Source: Paramecium tetraurelia (taxonomy: Eukaryota). From it: a stretch of DNA of 64,000 bases. Position numbers and translations under genes: made by a program. Under the pieces are notes generated by a model. It had not been told where the DNA came from. It worked only from the letters and a program-made list of their open reading frames with translations, and did no database searches. The stretch is taken from the NCBI GenBank assembly GCA_000165425.1, contig CT868063.1, positions 124,001-188,000 on the forward strand, read 5' to 3'. Below are positions 38,401 to 53,913 of the stretch, one piece after another (the first letter of the stretch is position 1; the number at the start of each line of letters is the position of its first letter).

Positions 38401-40289
38401 ATTATTTTAATCTAAAACCTCAATGTACAAACTATTAATTAATTCTAATGTTTCAAGAGGATTTTAAATATTAAACTATTTAGTGAACATATCACTATTT
38501 GTCCTTTACATATCTGGTTTGTTAGTATTTATATTCAATTTGAACGACGACTTAAATGTGTCTAATATGATTTTTAATTTGAGTTTGAACAATAAACGAC
38601 TATCAACTTGTTTGATGATCTAAACAATTTTATAAGATGTTAGACTACTAAATTATGGAAAAATTAATGGTGATTTTGATTACATTGAATAATAATTTAA
38701 AAGTAATTTAGATTAATTAAATTCAGAGATATAGGACTTAATTTAAATTCATACTTCATTAATGACATCTGAACCATTAATTAACTAAGAATACCTAGAA
38801 TATTCTGATGCATATTTTTCACTAAATATAGAGCTTTAATCACTTGATGGCAGTAAGAAAAATTACACATACAAGGAAGCAATTGATTTGTTGATTGGCA
38901 AGGCTTTATATTTAAATTCTGGAAATATTTCTAAATTTGATGACTCAGATGTTGATTTTTATTTTTACAACTACAACACGATAAATTCAATAACTAAAAA
39001 TTATTAAATTCCTTTAAACTACCGATATTATTCAATCAAATCAGTTGCATAGAACTCGTTAGATAATAAATTGATTTTTTTGATTCTGCAAACCTTATTG
39101 CAATTAATCGCATATATCCTAATAGCTTTATATTTAATTTAATTCAATAGATTCTAGCATTAAATTTATTAGTTATTTTTTGAAGTAAATCAGATACAAA
39201 TAAAATCTATAATTTAGAAATGCGAGTCCTTCTTATCATTCTTAAATATTGGAGAAGATGAAAATGTATGAATAATATCACTATTAAATAGGATGAAGTC
39301 CAAGATGATAAACAAATGAAGTACACCTCTGACTAGGATGAAAACAAAATGATGAATAACAAATAAATTAAAAATTGGAAAAACAGCAATAAAAAGTTCA
39401 AAAACTTTATGGGTGTTGTCTTCTTGATATTTGCAATCATCGAAGGATATTTCATTTATTAATATATCTCAGCTTAAGGAGTTGTAGAAGCTACTTTTAA
39501 TTTGAGTCCCATTCTGAATACAACATCTTTGTTAGAATCACAATATAGATTAGGAGACAATGCTATTAGAGAGTATTTAGTAAATCCAAATTAGAGTATA
39601 TATTGTAATCCTAATCCTTTGAAATTCATCAATAATTATTTTGATAGGCTTTACGAGACTAATGCGGATGTGTAGACTAAATTTACTTAAAATTTGGATT
39701 TGTTTTAGCCTGATTACATTAATTTATTTCAAGAACTATTTGTTAAAAACCCCTGTCCTACAGTGGGTATATTACAAGATTTCATCACAGAGGATTATTG
39801 TAACACATTTTTTAATGGGGTTGTGTCTGAAGGGTTGTCAATTGGGCTAACCAAATACTTTGAGAGTCTAGAACTCTTCCTTTTACAATACTAATCATAT
39901 TAACTTTAGGAAGGAAAGGATGAGATTAGGAATTTGGTGATATATTTATTAAATACTACCTTAAGTGTTGAAATCAGGACTATGGAGAAAGTAGTGATAA
40001 GATACACTTAAAGATATTTAATTGATCAATTGGAATAAAGCATTAAGGATTCATTTAGTGAATTATCATTAACAAGAATTCTGCTCTTTATTTGTTTTAC
40101 GTGGTATATATTATTTATTACTTTCTTCCTTTGGATTCCAGCAAATTAGGCTTTGATTAAGTAAATTTAAAAAAGCAGAACCTTGATTTTAAATATGCCT
40201 ATGTCTACTTTGATGAAGTAATTAGTTATTAATTTTCCATTAGTTCTGCCTTAGTTAGAAGATATATAAGATAAGTACTGAAAAATTGA
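35437..40289 (+). CDS. Large multi-pass membrane protein with PAS domain (TmcB/TmcC-like ciliate family)
   Basis: N-terminal TM bundle, helical region, PAS-like VNKALCSLLGYSKTDLIGRSVNQVIPE, C-terminal TM pairs ending ...RTLILNMP. Confidence 0.8.
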
Positions 40290-40491
40290 TTAATGATTTT
40301 ATGGCAAATAATTAATTTAGAATACAAATAAAAATTTGAAAATCTAATAATCTTCAAAAAAGATAAGTCGATTTAGATTGGAAGTGTAATATATATATAT
40401 ATAAATATTCGAATAGTATATTAAATGAATAATGATTGATAAGGTGGATTGAGTGAGATATTTATTTGTTTAATAAAATAAAAAATAACTG

Positions 40492-41164
40492 ATGTTCAAG
40501 AACTCATTCTAAAGTGGATTTCTTTCAATATTATATTCAATAGGATCAAAGCCATTGTAAATTTGGGATAAGCAAAGTAATTTATGATTGGATTATTTAA
40601 GTCAAGAATGGACATATTAAACGTATCACAGATCAAGACATTTAATCATCAGTACTTGAAATAATGGGTACCAATGTGAGTACTAATTTCATAACTGCTC
40701 CTGCCGATCCCAAAGAAACATTGGGAATTAAATTGCCATTCTTAGTCATGATCATTAAGAATGTAATTTATTGGTATTATGATTAGCTTAAAAAATACTT
40801 CACATTTGAGGTGTAGGTATTGGATGATAAGAATGTCAGAAGGAGATTTAGAGCATCGAATTATTAAGTAATTAGTATAAAGAATGTAGTCAACTACGAG
40901 AGTGAAACCTTTCATCTGTACAATGCCTATGAGATTGGATGAGGGATGGAATCAAATCTAATTCAACTTGTCTGATTTCACCAGAAGAGCATATGGTACA
41001 AACTATATAGAAACACTCCGGTATCCATATCAATCTCATTTTCTAGAGTTCAAATTCATGCCAATTGCAGAATCAGAAGAATCTATTTTAGTGATCGTCT
41101 TTACAGTGAAGAAGAGTTACCCCCTGAATTCAAGTTATTCTTACCCATCTAAAAACAAGGATGA
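40492..41164 (+). CDS. BUG22: Cilia- and flagella-associated protein 20 (Bug22)
   Basis: [28 protein letters not shown]...[41 protein letters not shown]...[13 protein letters not shown]; four tiny introns. Confidence 0.97.
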
Positions 41165-41202
41165 TCAATATTATATATATATATATTCATTGATCTATGA
41201 AA

Positions 41203-42156
41203 TCAACTCAATTTTGATATTAATTCATCTAATCTTGGTTTCCATTTTTCATCGTTTTCCACTTGTTTTTGTAAGATTTCTAAGAGTGGTTTGATATATT
41301 GCTCTTCTTCCTTCAAAATAGTCAATCTAACATCAATATCTAAAATATACCCATCCTTATGTTCAATTACTTTGGCTAATTCGACAATAGCTTATTGTTT
41401 GTTTGTCAAATAAACATGAGTAAATAAAACACTTAATGAAGAATAGATGTCATTTTCATTTCCATTTTCTTGTGCAAATTAAGTCATAAAACCACTAATC
41501 ATAATAAGAATAATAGTTATACACTTTTCTAACTTTATTTCCAGACAAAAACTATCTTGCAATCCTATATAAATCTTTAGGTTATAATTTTATTTTCTTC
41601 TACAAAGCCACTCTATAAACCTCGTATGATATTTTGGGATCATCCTTAATCAAACTTGATAGATTAGCACTATCAATTCTCAAAAATGGACATGTTTTCA
41701 AAATTTTGAATAATTCAATCAACCCTTCATCATCAAGCTTTTTGGCCAAAGTCATTATCACAGAAGGATGAGGGAAATATCTTATTGCTGAATGAAATTT
41801 CAAAGCATCCATAACATATTTTGTTTAATCGAAGTCAATACATTTAAGCATAAACTTATCTTTAATACCACAATGCACTTAATTATTATGTCCTAATATA
41901 TTATTAAATCCCTAATCAATTTAAGTACTTAAAATACTTCTATTGCCTCCTTGATGTTATCCTTTTCAACCATGTTAACGAAATGCCCCACATCACTTGT
42001 CTCGAACTTGTATCTCCCATTTTTATTTGTTGGAGTATTCAGTAACAAATTATTATAGAAATCAATTGCAGTGAATGCCTTGGCTTTGCTATTAACAGAT
42101 TGCACTCTTGTAGCAAAATACTAGACTTTGAATGCCAATTTTATTAATTTACTCAT
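41203..42156 (-). CDS. Hypothetical helical protein, probably mitochondrial
   Basis: Basic amphipathic N-terminus MSKLIKLAFKVQYFATR; one intron; ends KPRLDELISKLS*. Confidence 0.65.
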
Positions 42157-43083
42157 AATTATGATTATTAATTTAATTTACAGCTTTAAATATAAAATAT
42201 ATTCAAAGAATAGTAATATATTATGATTATCAATGTTTTATCTGTGCCAATCTAAAATGAATAATTTCTGTCTGTTAAATTGTATTTACAATTTTAGTAT
42301 TTTGTTTAAATCATTGTTAATAATCTGCTTATTATTGTAAGTTTGAAATTAAGATATGAAATGATATGATTTAAATATATGGTTTAATTCTACAAAATTG
42401 AAGCTTTCAAGTAAACAAGAATTAATAAATTTAACAGAGATATTTATCTTTTATAAATATAAGAGAAAAGCTGTTCTGTATAAGGCTTATACTTACAAAA
42501 TCTATGGCTTGATAACTATATTTATTTGATTTTTCTACAATATTATATTTCTAAAAAAAAAATCTAATGAAATTTTGGAGATTTATTAAGCAATATCTAT
42601 CATCTAATGAGATGAATGATAATATAAGAAATTAAAATTATTAGATTTATTAAAATTGTGTATTTTTAGAAAATATATCTTTATATTGACCTTTAGAAAT
42701 GCTCAAACTAAATAGTGATTATTCATTTAGTATATTAAACAAGTTTTGTATTTCTAAATCTACGATAATTAACTATATTCTATTAAAAAAAATTTAGATA
42801 TGAAAGTATAATAAAAGAATTATATAAATTACTTATTAGTTTACATTTATAAAAATAAAAAAGGATTATACGTAAATTCATTCATCTAAAATTGGCTTAA
42901 AATAAAGTACTTTTGTTTTCATACAGTTACCATTTTAATTTCACATTGTTATGATCTTAAGAATGTTTAATAAATGTCATCTCAACGAATTTTTGCACTT
43001 TTTAATGATTATAAATGATAGGTTGAATATCTATAATATTTTGAGATACAAATTTTAAGTTAATTATTAATTAAATTTAATTT

Positions 43084-43612
43084 ATGGGAAGCAAAGCTGA
43101 GAACTAAATTGAACAATATTCTGGATAAGACTTCGGAGATAAGATAAGTTTTACAGTAGGTGTGAGTTACATGCTTGGTAATAGAATATACCCTATTTTA
43201 GCTTCATCTATTGGATTGGTCAAGGGAGCAATTGAAGGTTTCCCAAGATCACTTAATATGCCAAAGAAGTTGATCTTAAACAATTTCTTTAATGCAGTAG
43301 GAAAGCGAACATCATCATATGGGTAGGCAGCAGCTAGTGCAAGCATGCTATATTATTTTGTTGGGGCAGGAATGAATTTATTATTTGAAGATGAATTGGC
43401 AGATATAAATTAATTGAAAAAGAATATGTTGTGTGGTGCAATTTCAGGAGCAGTATACAAATCAACTCTGGGTAATTCCTTCTGAATAATTTTAAGGATT
43501 TGTTCCTTTTATTGTTGGCGGTATTGTTGGAGGAGGTTTGATTGGAAGTGTAACTTTATTGGTTGAAAATCTCAATAGAAAAGGAGTAGTAGCTTTTGAA
43601 ATGAAGTTTTGA
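43084..43612 (+). CDS. TIM23: Tim17/Tim22/Tim23 family translocase subunit (Tim23-like)
   Basis: FTVGVSYML...GLVKG...KKLILNNFFNAVGKRTSSYG...CGAISGAVYKSTLG; two introns. Confidence 0.85.
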
Positions 43613-43963
43613 GAATGGGTTTTTTATTTCTTTTAACTAATTTAATAACTAATTGATATATTCTATCAGAATTGTTTTTTTATTTTATGTGTTCAATTGA
43701 TATCTGTATTAAATAGTTGGTCTGTCAATTAATACAGAAATTGAATCTATATCTTTGACTAGTCGATTTATTATTCTTTTATAATTTTCAATAGTAGATA
43801 TTTTTATCATTAATGTCATCTTTTAGGATATTAATAATAAAGAGAAACTAAATTTATAATGATATATGTATGAAATTCTGAAATCAAAAACTAAGCTTAA
43901 TAAACAATGGAATGATAAATAGTTAAACTGAATATTTTTTTGAATGATAAAAACTTAATAATA

Positions 43964-45648
43964 TCATAGCTATGATTTGAATTCTTCGAAAGAGATCTAA
44001 TCATCGTGATTCTTATCAAAGACATGGAAAACACTGGCAGCCTCATTTCTACTTATTTTACCGTCTATAGCCTATTTACAATTAGATTATATTATGTACT
44101 TTTAATAATTAGAAAAATTCTTCTTAATCAATAGCTCCATCACCAGACTTATCAAAACGTTGAAATATTTTACTGATATCTAAATTATTAATCCTTATAG
44201 TATTTTGTAGTTGTTTTAACACTCCAGATGCTCTTTAGGTAATTCCATCTTTTTAAGTTTGACCTGTGCCTTTACTGAGTACATACTGAAATTCAGGGAA
44301 ACTGACAGCACCATTGTTATCTCGGTCAAATTTTGTAAACATCAATTGAATTTCATAATCTTTAATTCCAGGCACAATAACTTTGATTAAATTGTAAAAC
44401 TCTTAATAGTCTAGATCTCCTTAATGGTTCTTATCATATTTATTGAATATTTAAGTAATATTCATGTTATTAGCCTTGATTACAGCCTAAATATCTTTAA
44501 TAATATGTCCTGCTCTATCATTGAGATCAGAGAAATCAAATTCTGTGAATAGTTTTTAAAACTCAATGTAATTAACGATTTGATCCTTACCACAGATCCT
44601 TGTGAACAATGTTTAAATTTCATATTGAGTAGTATTTGGATCAACGGCCAAAATGAGTTCTTTAAATTCCTTAGCATCTAAAATATTATTCTTGTCTTTA
44701 TCGAATCTTTGAAAAATGAAATGTGGATCAATGTTATTTTCAGTAACAACCTCCTGCATCTTCCTTAAGATCTTGATACATTATTAGGGCAATTCATAAT
44801 TTTGTTTCTACTACATTTGTCCAGATTATTTCATAGTAAAAATTGGATGAGTGAAAATTTCGTTCCATCCAATTCTATTGGCCTCCTCAATCATCAAGCA
44901 CTTTTTAATAAAATCCTTAGAATTTTCACTGATGGGTCTTTCATAAGGAAATCTTAAAGGCTAAGTCTTGATACTCCTAAGAAGACTGTTCATGTCTCTG
45001 CAAGACCAGGCAGTTTTACCAAAAAGTATTTCGTAATACATCATCCCAATAGACCAGATGTCACTTTTGGCAGAGTATTGGTGTTTATTTAAAATCTGAG
45101 GAGACATATATATAGGAGTGCCAACACATTCCCTGAGCAGTTATCTCCCTGTTATATCAACTTTAGTAGCGAAACCAAAATCAGCCACTTTATATACATT
45201 ACTTTTGACTAAACAATTTTCAGGTTTTATATCCCGATGAATGTAGTTATGAGACACCAAATCCTTGAATCCATTCATCAATTATGCAAGTACTTCTATA
45301 GCCTATTACTCCTATATGTGACCCTTTTTGTGCATCACAGATCTGAGATCTGAATCACATAATTCTATGGCCATATATGTCTGTTATTTATTGCCAAATA
45401 CATCAAGCATTCTAACCACATTAGGTGAAGTCAAGGTTTACATTACTTTAATTTCGTTCTTTAGTGAGTCAATCATAAACTAATCTTAGAATAACTTCAT
45501 ATCCAAAACTGAAAATGAATGAGAATCAAATACTTTTTAAAGCTACAATTTCCCCTGTTTTTATATTCTTAGCCTTGTATACACTACCAAAACTGCCTGC
45601 TCCTAGAAATCCCTTCTTGTCATATTAATAGTTCTCTATGGTTTACAT
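43964..45648 (-). CDS. Ser/Thr protein kinase with C-terminal EF-hands
   Basis: LGAGSFGSVYKA, HRDIKPEN, DFGFA, GTPIYMSPQI; EF loops DKNHQGDLD, DRDNNGAVS, DKSGDGAID, DKNHDDQIS. Confidence 0.92.
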
Positions 45649-45773
45649 TATTAATTGAATATATCAAATTTTATTTTAATGAATTTAATATCAAGATTGA
45701 GATATAAGCTACATTATGTTATTTGTTGGATATAGTTTTTATTAAATAATTTTTTATTAGATATTCCTTAAAC

Positions 45774-46882
45774 TCAATTATTGATTTCCTCATTCTTTTT
45801 ATACAGAGTCTGTCTAGCCTCTAAATTGAATCTATGTAATCCGCTCTTTCCTGTATCATAATTTTCAGCCAATTGCTCAGCTTCTTACTCCACAATTTGA
45901 CGATGAAGATATTTGAAGGACAAACCCTAGAATTTATTGAATATACTTAACTTTCTCTTTCATTTCCTTTTATGCTCTTCTCTTTAACATCAATTTCTAT
46001 TGTTGTCTACCTTTAGAAGTCAGGAACAATTAGAATCTTCTAATTTTAGCATAATCAGCTTTTTCCCTAACCAATTAATCTTTCATTAAATAGGAGATAA
46101 CACTAGGAGTTTTACCTTAGACAAAATCTTTGAACATCTAAAAACGCTATAAAATAGAAATTAAACCTCTTTAGTAGGCCTTTCTTCTAAGATGACTTTG
46201 ATTTGACTGGTCTCTCTAAAAGCTGGATTGATTCTAGCTTTGGCATGAAATCTTGCCTTTCTGAATTTCTTATATCTGCCAACTTAAATTGATTGGACAT
46301 AGAGTCTTTCTGGATCATACCCTCTTTAAACAGCATGAGATCTAACCATTACCAAGGTTTTGGCTAGGAATTAAGCTGCCTTTCTTCCTGAATCAGCAAT
46401 TGCCTCTTGAGCCTAATAAAGATGCATATTAATTAAAGGTCTGCAAATAGGAATTAATCTTCTTAAAGAAGCAGGCACTTTTCTATTTAAATGAATTGTT
46501 ATAAACAATACCTTCTTACTCCACTAATTAAAACTTTCTCTTGTTTTGGGACTTTCTTAACAATAAAAGGAGTGACATTATCAGTCTCTGTTTTTGTTTC
46601 AGTTGTTGTTACTTCAGCATTCTTAACTTTGACTTTAATGAAATTATTGGGATTGCTATCATTTTGTTTCAAATTGTAAATGTATTGCTTAAAATTTTTG
46701 GCATCCTCTTCTAATTAGATTTATCTCAATCTTTCTGCTTAGAAAGGATCTTCAATTTCCAATCTGATTTGCTCCCTGGTCTTTTTCTCTGGATTGATTG
46801 TTTTGATAATTGAGCCAGCTCTTGTACGCAATCCAAATTGAGCTTGGCAAATGTGATTCAAACGAAAAGCAATTTATTTCAT
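45774..46882 (-). CDS. Mitochondrial ribosomal protein uL22-like with extensions
   Basis: ASLRRLIPICR...GYDPERLYVQSIQVGRYKKFRKARFHAKAR...SNIKVILEE matches the L22 signature; mitochondrial-type N-terminus. Confidence 0.85.
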
Positions 46883-46905
46883 AAATTAATTTACTCTTAT
46901 ATATC

Positions 46906-48012
<1,107 letters not shown>

Positions 48013-48136
48013 TCGGAAAATATAAAATTAAATCAAAAATATTTTTAGGATATTATCAATTTATATACTTAGTTAAACACACCCCGTTGATAAATTTGGC
48101 AATATATTTTTATTTTTTATATCAATTATTTTATAA

Positions 48137-48704
48137 ATGAAGAATGTAGAGTTCTTTAGTAGTGATTAAAACTAAATAAAAAGATACAGGTATGTTACTA
48201 AATTCTTTAATACTGAATAGAAACAATAAGTCAATATGAAATAGACCTAATTATAAATGAATTAGAAAGTTAATAAAAATTAGAATAAAATAAACTTGAA
48301 TTTAAAAGAATAAGATAAAGAAATGATACATTATTATAAGTTTATTGAAGCGGAGGAATAAATAATGTAGTTGCCATATTCCAATAAGAATTAAGATATA
48401 AAAATAGAATAGAGAATTAAGATTGCACATTTCATATTTCTAATTTTAGAATGAAGTAAAAGACGATGAATCGAAAGTGAAGGAATAATCCTCTATTTAT
48501 TTGTAATCTAATTCAAATAAATATGACAATCAAAAAAAACTCAGTTTTTAAAATAAATGAGACAATATGATTAAGGAAATGAAGGGAATAGCAAAATCCA
48601 ATATAGAAAAGAGCCCAATCATATAGAGTGAACCAAAAGTTACTCCAAATTAAGTAATTGAGCATTTTATTGAGCAAATGAAGTGTATTATATAAATAAT
48701 TTGA
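48137..48704 (+). pseudogene. Probable pseudogene of a hypothetical protein
   Basis: Frame is continuous only if a 28-nt intron-like segment 48422-48449 (AT..TAG, donor lost) is removed and an in-frame TGA at 48558 is ignored. Confidence 0.5.
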
Positions 48705-48735
48705 TGAATTAAATTATAAATATTTTTTTAAAGAA

Positions 48736-49937
48736 ATGAACGATGGCGAGTAATAACCTGAAAAAGGTCCTCAAACTGAATAACCTCAGTTAGGAAATAC
48801 AAACTAAATGTAATAAGAGAATCAGAATCAAATCTACACGTTCAAAGCACCTTGGCTAATCTATGCCATGGGATTTCAATCAAAACCAACTCCACAATCT
48901 CGTATTGCAATTGGTAGCATGATTGAAGATATTCAGAACGAAGTTAGCTTTTATTATTGAAAATAGGTTTACATCTTACAATTAGACAAAGAATAAGAAT
49001 CCTTTTTCAAGAAGGCTAAATTCAGTCATAGGTATGCTCCCACAAAAGTATTATGGATTCCTGATGTTGAAGGCAAGTATCCAGATCTCCTAGCAACAAG
49101 CGGAGAAAATCTGAAGGTTTGGGAGTATGATGACTAAAATGCACAAGTGAAGATTAAATGGGACTTAAAGAATGTATCATAATTAATTATCAACCATAAT
49201 TTTAGACTAGTGATTTCAATGCTCCCTTGACTTCCTTTGATTGGAGTTGCAAATAACAGAATTACATTGGAACTGCCTCAATTGATACTACTTGCACTTT
49301 ATGGGAAATTGAAAAATAGACTGTCTTCACCTAGTTGATAGCACACGATAAAGAAGTCTATGACATCTGTTTCAGTGTGGATCATCAGATCTTTGCTTCT
49401 GTGGGAGCAGATGGCAGTTGTAGACAATTCGACTTGAGGTTCTGATCTCATAATATTTCAATAGAGCTTTAGATCATTCTACAGTTTTGTTTGAGACTGA
49501 AAATAACAATCCCATCGTCAGATTGGCATGGAATAAAATGGACACCAACTATCTAGCAATTATCGAGATGGATGTAAATTATGTGACCCTATTGGATACG
49601 AGGTATTTATTTAATCTTTATTCAGACAACCACTTCTACCATTGGCAAAATTAAAAAATCATAAAGACTATGTAAATGCCATAGCCTGGGCACCTGAATC
49701 AACAACTCATCTTTGTAGTGTTTCTGATGATTCTTCTGCTTTGATTTGGGACTTCTCAGAATTATAAAATAAATAGAATGACCTTAATTCTATTGGTAAT
49801 TTTATATTGATAATCTTGTAGATCCCTTATTAGAATACAAAGCAGAAAACGAAATAAGCAATTTGTCGTGGTCCTTAACTAAGGTGGATTAAGTGAGCAT
49901 TTGTTATAATAAATCGTGTTAAATTTTAAATGTTTGA
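48736..49937 (+). CDS. DCAF7: DCAF7/WDR68/TTG1-family WD40 protein
   Basis: [71 protein letters not shown]. Confidence 0.93.
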
Positions 49938-50595
49938 TATTAACCTAATATAATTTATATCTTAATTATGCAATATTAGTTATAAAGATTGCCAAATATA
50001 ACTAACAACAATAACTAAAATTTTGAATGAATCTTAAAAAATATTGCCTAAAATCAAAAACAAATAATAACTATAGTTTTTATAATGATTAAATAATCTA
50101 TAAAATTATTTGTCTTTCAGGGAATTTAAAATCCTTAGTAAGATAAAATAATCAATAATTTTTAAAGAAAAAATAAAGTTTAGAATCTTCAGAATCAATT
50201 TTAGTTAAGCCAAAAATTACTTAATTTAGAATTATTATAAGTGCTATGTAATAAGAAAATAATTTCTTATATGGTCCAATGTTTTAATGAAGAGAATATT
50301 TCTTTCCTTCCACCTATTAATATTGATATTGTTTTCCTATATAAGAATTAAAAATAATATATAATTTTCTTAGATTTATTTCATCTTAATTTACTTTTAT
50401 GTAACCTAAGGATAAAAAGATTATTTATATTTTAGTGAGTTGATTTCGACTTACTTTTTTTATTTTTATTTTTTTAGTTCAAGTGCAATTTCATCCCTTA
50501 AATTGTTGTATTTAATCTGTGATTAAATATAAATTTAGTTTTTATATATAATAGTACAGTTATAAAAATAAATTGATAATACAAATTTGATAAGA

Positions 50596-52308
50596 TCACC
50601 TTTTTTACTAAGTGAATTGATGATCTTATTTTTATTATTAAGGTAGAATTCTAAAAACATATAGAAATATGAATTACTGTTTGAATTGCGAATGTTTAAT
50701 CAATGGAGATTAAAAAAAAGAACTTTTAATCTTTGGAGTTCCAATATTTGATAAACTATCTATTGTTTAAATCTTCCCATTTAGCAAGGGAGAATTCATT
50801 TAAATTTGGTTTACGGAGTCTATAACTTTCTGTTGTTTTAATTATTAAGTTTCAACAATTCCTGGTGAACCTGGAGAATTCATTATGGCATTTCTTCTGA
50901 ATATATCGAATTTTATGACTCTAGGAATATTTAATAATTGTTATACTCTTCATTCAATGCATTCATTCTAGAAGCAACTCCTCCCAATTCATTATCTTCA
51001 TCTATTGAATCATTAACTGAATCATCTGCCATATAATTATTCATCTCAGCAAGGAAAGGATGTTTTAAACAATCAGCAGCTGAAATTCTTCTATTTGGAT
51101 CTTTCTCAAGCATTCTCCTCATCAGATCCATAGCTGAACTTGGAGCTTATTGCAATTATTTAATTTAAAAGTTAATTACAGCTTCTCTATTTTGTTTAAT
51201 TACAGTTCCATAGCTTTTACCAGAGAATGCTTATTTTCCAGACAACAATATATAGAACACAAGTCCAAGACTGTAAATATCACAAACCTCACTATAATGT
51301 GCTTTCTAATCTTTCAAATTTATAACTTCTGGGGCAACAAAGCCTGGAGTGCCACATCTACTATATAAATATACAGGTTCGTTGACTTTAGTTGCCAAGC
51401 CATAATCGGCAATAACCACTGAGTCCATTTTCCTAAAATATAGTTAACTTTTACTTTTAATGTTTAAATAGAATGTTCTCCAATTTCAAGTCGCGATGCA
51501 TAATATCTTTTTAATGCATATGATGTAACCCTTATAAAACACCTACCATTATTTATTAAATCTAAGAAGTTGAGAGCAAAGTCTTCTCTTTTATCAAGTC
51601 ATACAAGGAACCTCCTTCCAACAACTCAAGTCCCACATATAGCGAATTTTAGGTTTCGTATACCTCGTACATCTACATTATATGTGTATGATTCAGCTAT
51701 CTCATGATCTATAACTCATTTAATATCGCCTTTTTTCCTTGTTCTTCTGCATATGCTACTTACTTAGAAAATACTTTAATTGCCATATTTTTCTCATTCT
51801 CAATATTCTATGCCATATAAACCTATAAGTATGATTTTTGAGGATAATACTGATGCAAAATTTCCCTTCCCAATTTTCTTATACACTCTAAACATTTGGT
51901 GAAATTGCCATTGGTTTATCCTGTTGCTCAAATACTCTCTCCATTGCTTAATCAGGTTTTCCTCTCCATAATACCTCTCTTATAGTATTTTGTCATTCCC
52001 TATATCCTTTATTAAGCATATCCCTTTAATTTAACCCAAAGAATCCTCATTTTCACTTTTTTTTACAACTTTATCCCTTAAAATTTCAAATTTAATCTCA
52101 AAATCTAAAGGAACATATTTCTTTGGTCCTTTTTGATGATCCTACACATCAAATAAACTCATATTACTTTCATATATAGAATATAATTATTAAAACCTAA
52201 GAGATGGCAAGTTTTATCGTTCTCTTTTTTAAATTAGGATTGAATCACTAATCTATCTTGTTTCCATTTTAAATCTTAGGACATACTTTAATACAAATTA
52301 CTCCTCAT
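50596..52308 (-). CDS. CAMK-group Ser/Thr kinase with N-terminal extension
   Basis: IGKGNFAS, MAIKVF, MHRDLKLENI, ADYGLA, CGTPGFVAPEV, RRISAADCLKHPF; several tiny introns. Confidence 0.9.
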
Positions 52309-53050
52309 CTTATTTAATTAAATATATAATTTTTTAACCAGTTACAATAGTGATTTAAATATCAAAGTCATGTCAAACAATAATAAAACAAAACAAAACT
52401 AAACTAATTTATTATCGATCAATCTTCTTAACTTCAAGAATATTTTTAATTAAATTCTTATATAGTTATTCTAATATTATATAAATTACAAATGATTATT
52501 ATTAAATACTCATGATTTAAATTATTAAATATTAACATTATCAATTAAAATGCAAATGCACATTAGATATTTTTGATCAAAGCCTTTGCATGTTCTTGTG
52601 TCTCTCTTTAAAACTACAGGATTTATTCAGTTTAAATCTTTGCATCAACAATTCCCTTTTTGAACACATCTTTATTATTAGAAATCACTCTATTTAAACA
52701 AGAGTTGGTTTAATATAGAATACAACATCTATACTTTCGGTTTTGATATATCTATTTGCAGAAGCTTATACTTAAAGTTTATAGCTTAATTAAACAAGGC
52801 ATTTTATTGGTTAATTGTAATAGAGAAATTATTGTTGATAAAATCACTAATTTTGATTAATTTGATTAAAGAACCTTCATTTTATTTTCATTTCTAATTG
52901 AATAATTAACTAATCTGTAGGAGTGTAAAGATTTTTCATATCCTTAAATTATAAATTTTAATTAAAATGGAAATAATACAAAAATAACCAACTACGCTGA
53001 TTTGGATAATTCAACTTAAGAATATAATTTATGATTCCATAATTAAATAA

Positions 53051-53913
53051 TCATTTTTACACAGATGTCATGTCTTTTATATTCATCAAATTCTTAGTTT
53101 TTTGATTAGTCACTAAACTATATGGGGAACAAGGGGCAAAATAGATCTCGTTTAGATTCTTATCTTGAATCGATTTTTCATTCTTCCAGAAGTTACAAGT
53201 AATAGGCTTAGACTTTAAAAACTAGGTTTATTAAGACAATTCTATACATTATCCGTGAAATCAGGTTGGTTCATAAAATTTACGAATTTTTCATCAAACA
53301 TGTATTACAAATTTTTATTCTTAACATTTATAATGCTTAATCCAAAATCCAGATTCACATCATGTCCCATCCTTATTAAATCATTAATAGCTTGTGTAAA
53401 TGTTTTGAGAATCGATTCGATTGTTAATTTATCAACATAACACATATTCGAGAGTGTTTATGGATTACAAAATTATGTTGCATGTCCTTGGTTGTATATG
53501 CTTCCAACTCCTCTACTCTTGTTAATTTCATCCTTTTATGAATAACGAGATAGTTATTTCTGTAAGTATGGGTCAACTATAAAACAAGGCCTAATGTTTT
53601 GATATAATTTCGGTAATTATTTTAATTGTGTTGATTGCTTAATGGGAATAGCTTGTGAAGTCGGGCCTATGAATTCAAAACTAAATGTCCCAAAGTTGTG
53701 AATGTGCAGAGAATTGCCTTTGCTGTAACAATCCTATAGCAATTCTTTCAATGAGTTAATAACCAATAGAAATTAATCCTTTGTAGTAAGATCTCTGTAA
53801 ATTGACAACGTCCTTTATTACTAGTGATTATGTCTGCCTGGGTATTGGATTGGATGTAAAAGAATCCTAAATTAATAACATTTATACCAATCAACTATTC
53901 CAGATATATTCAT
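53051..53913 (-). CDS. CCDC81-like protein with tandem HU-like domains
   Basis: SKGNSLHIHNFGTFSF...IRPCFIVD and LIRMGHDVNLDFGLSII match the two CCDC81 HU-domain patterns; two introns. Confidence 0.68.

Noticed and set aside
42160..43080. Long AT-rich gap as a possible IES, transposon or ncRNA (likewise 960-1925, 12800-13670, 49940-50590)
   Set aside because: No terminal inverted repeats, transposase remnants or structured RNA recognised; genes elsewhere are uninterrupted, consistent with IES-free macronuclear DNA.
52330..53040. Coding-like minus-strand fragments between the kinase and the CCDC81-like gene
   Set aside because: No consistent ATG-to-TGA model; may be a decayed gene but unsupported.
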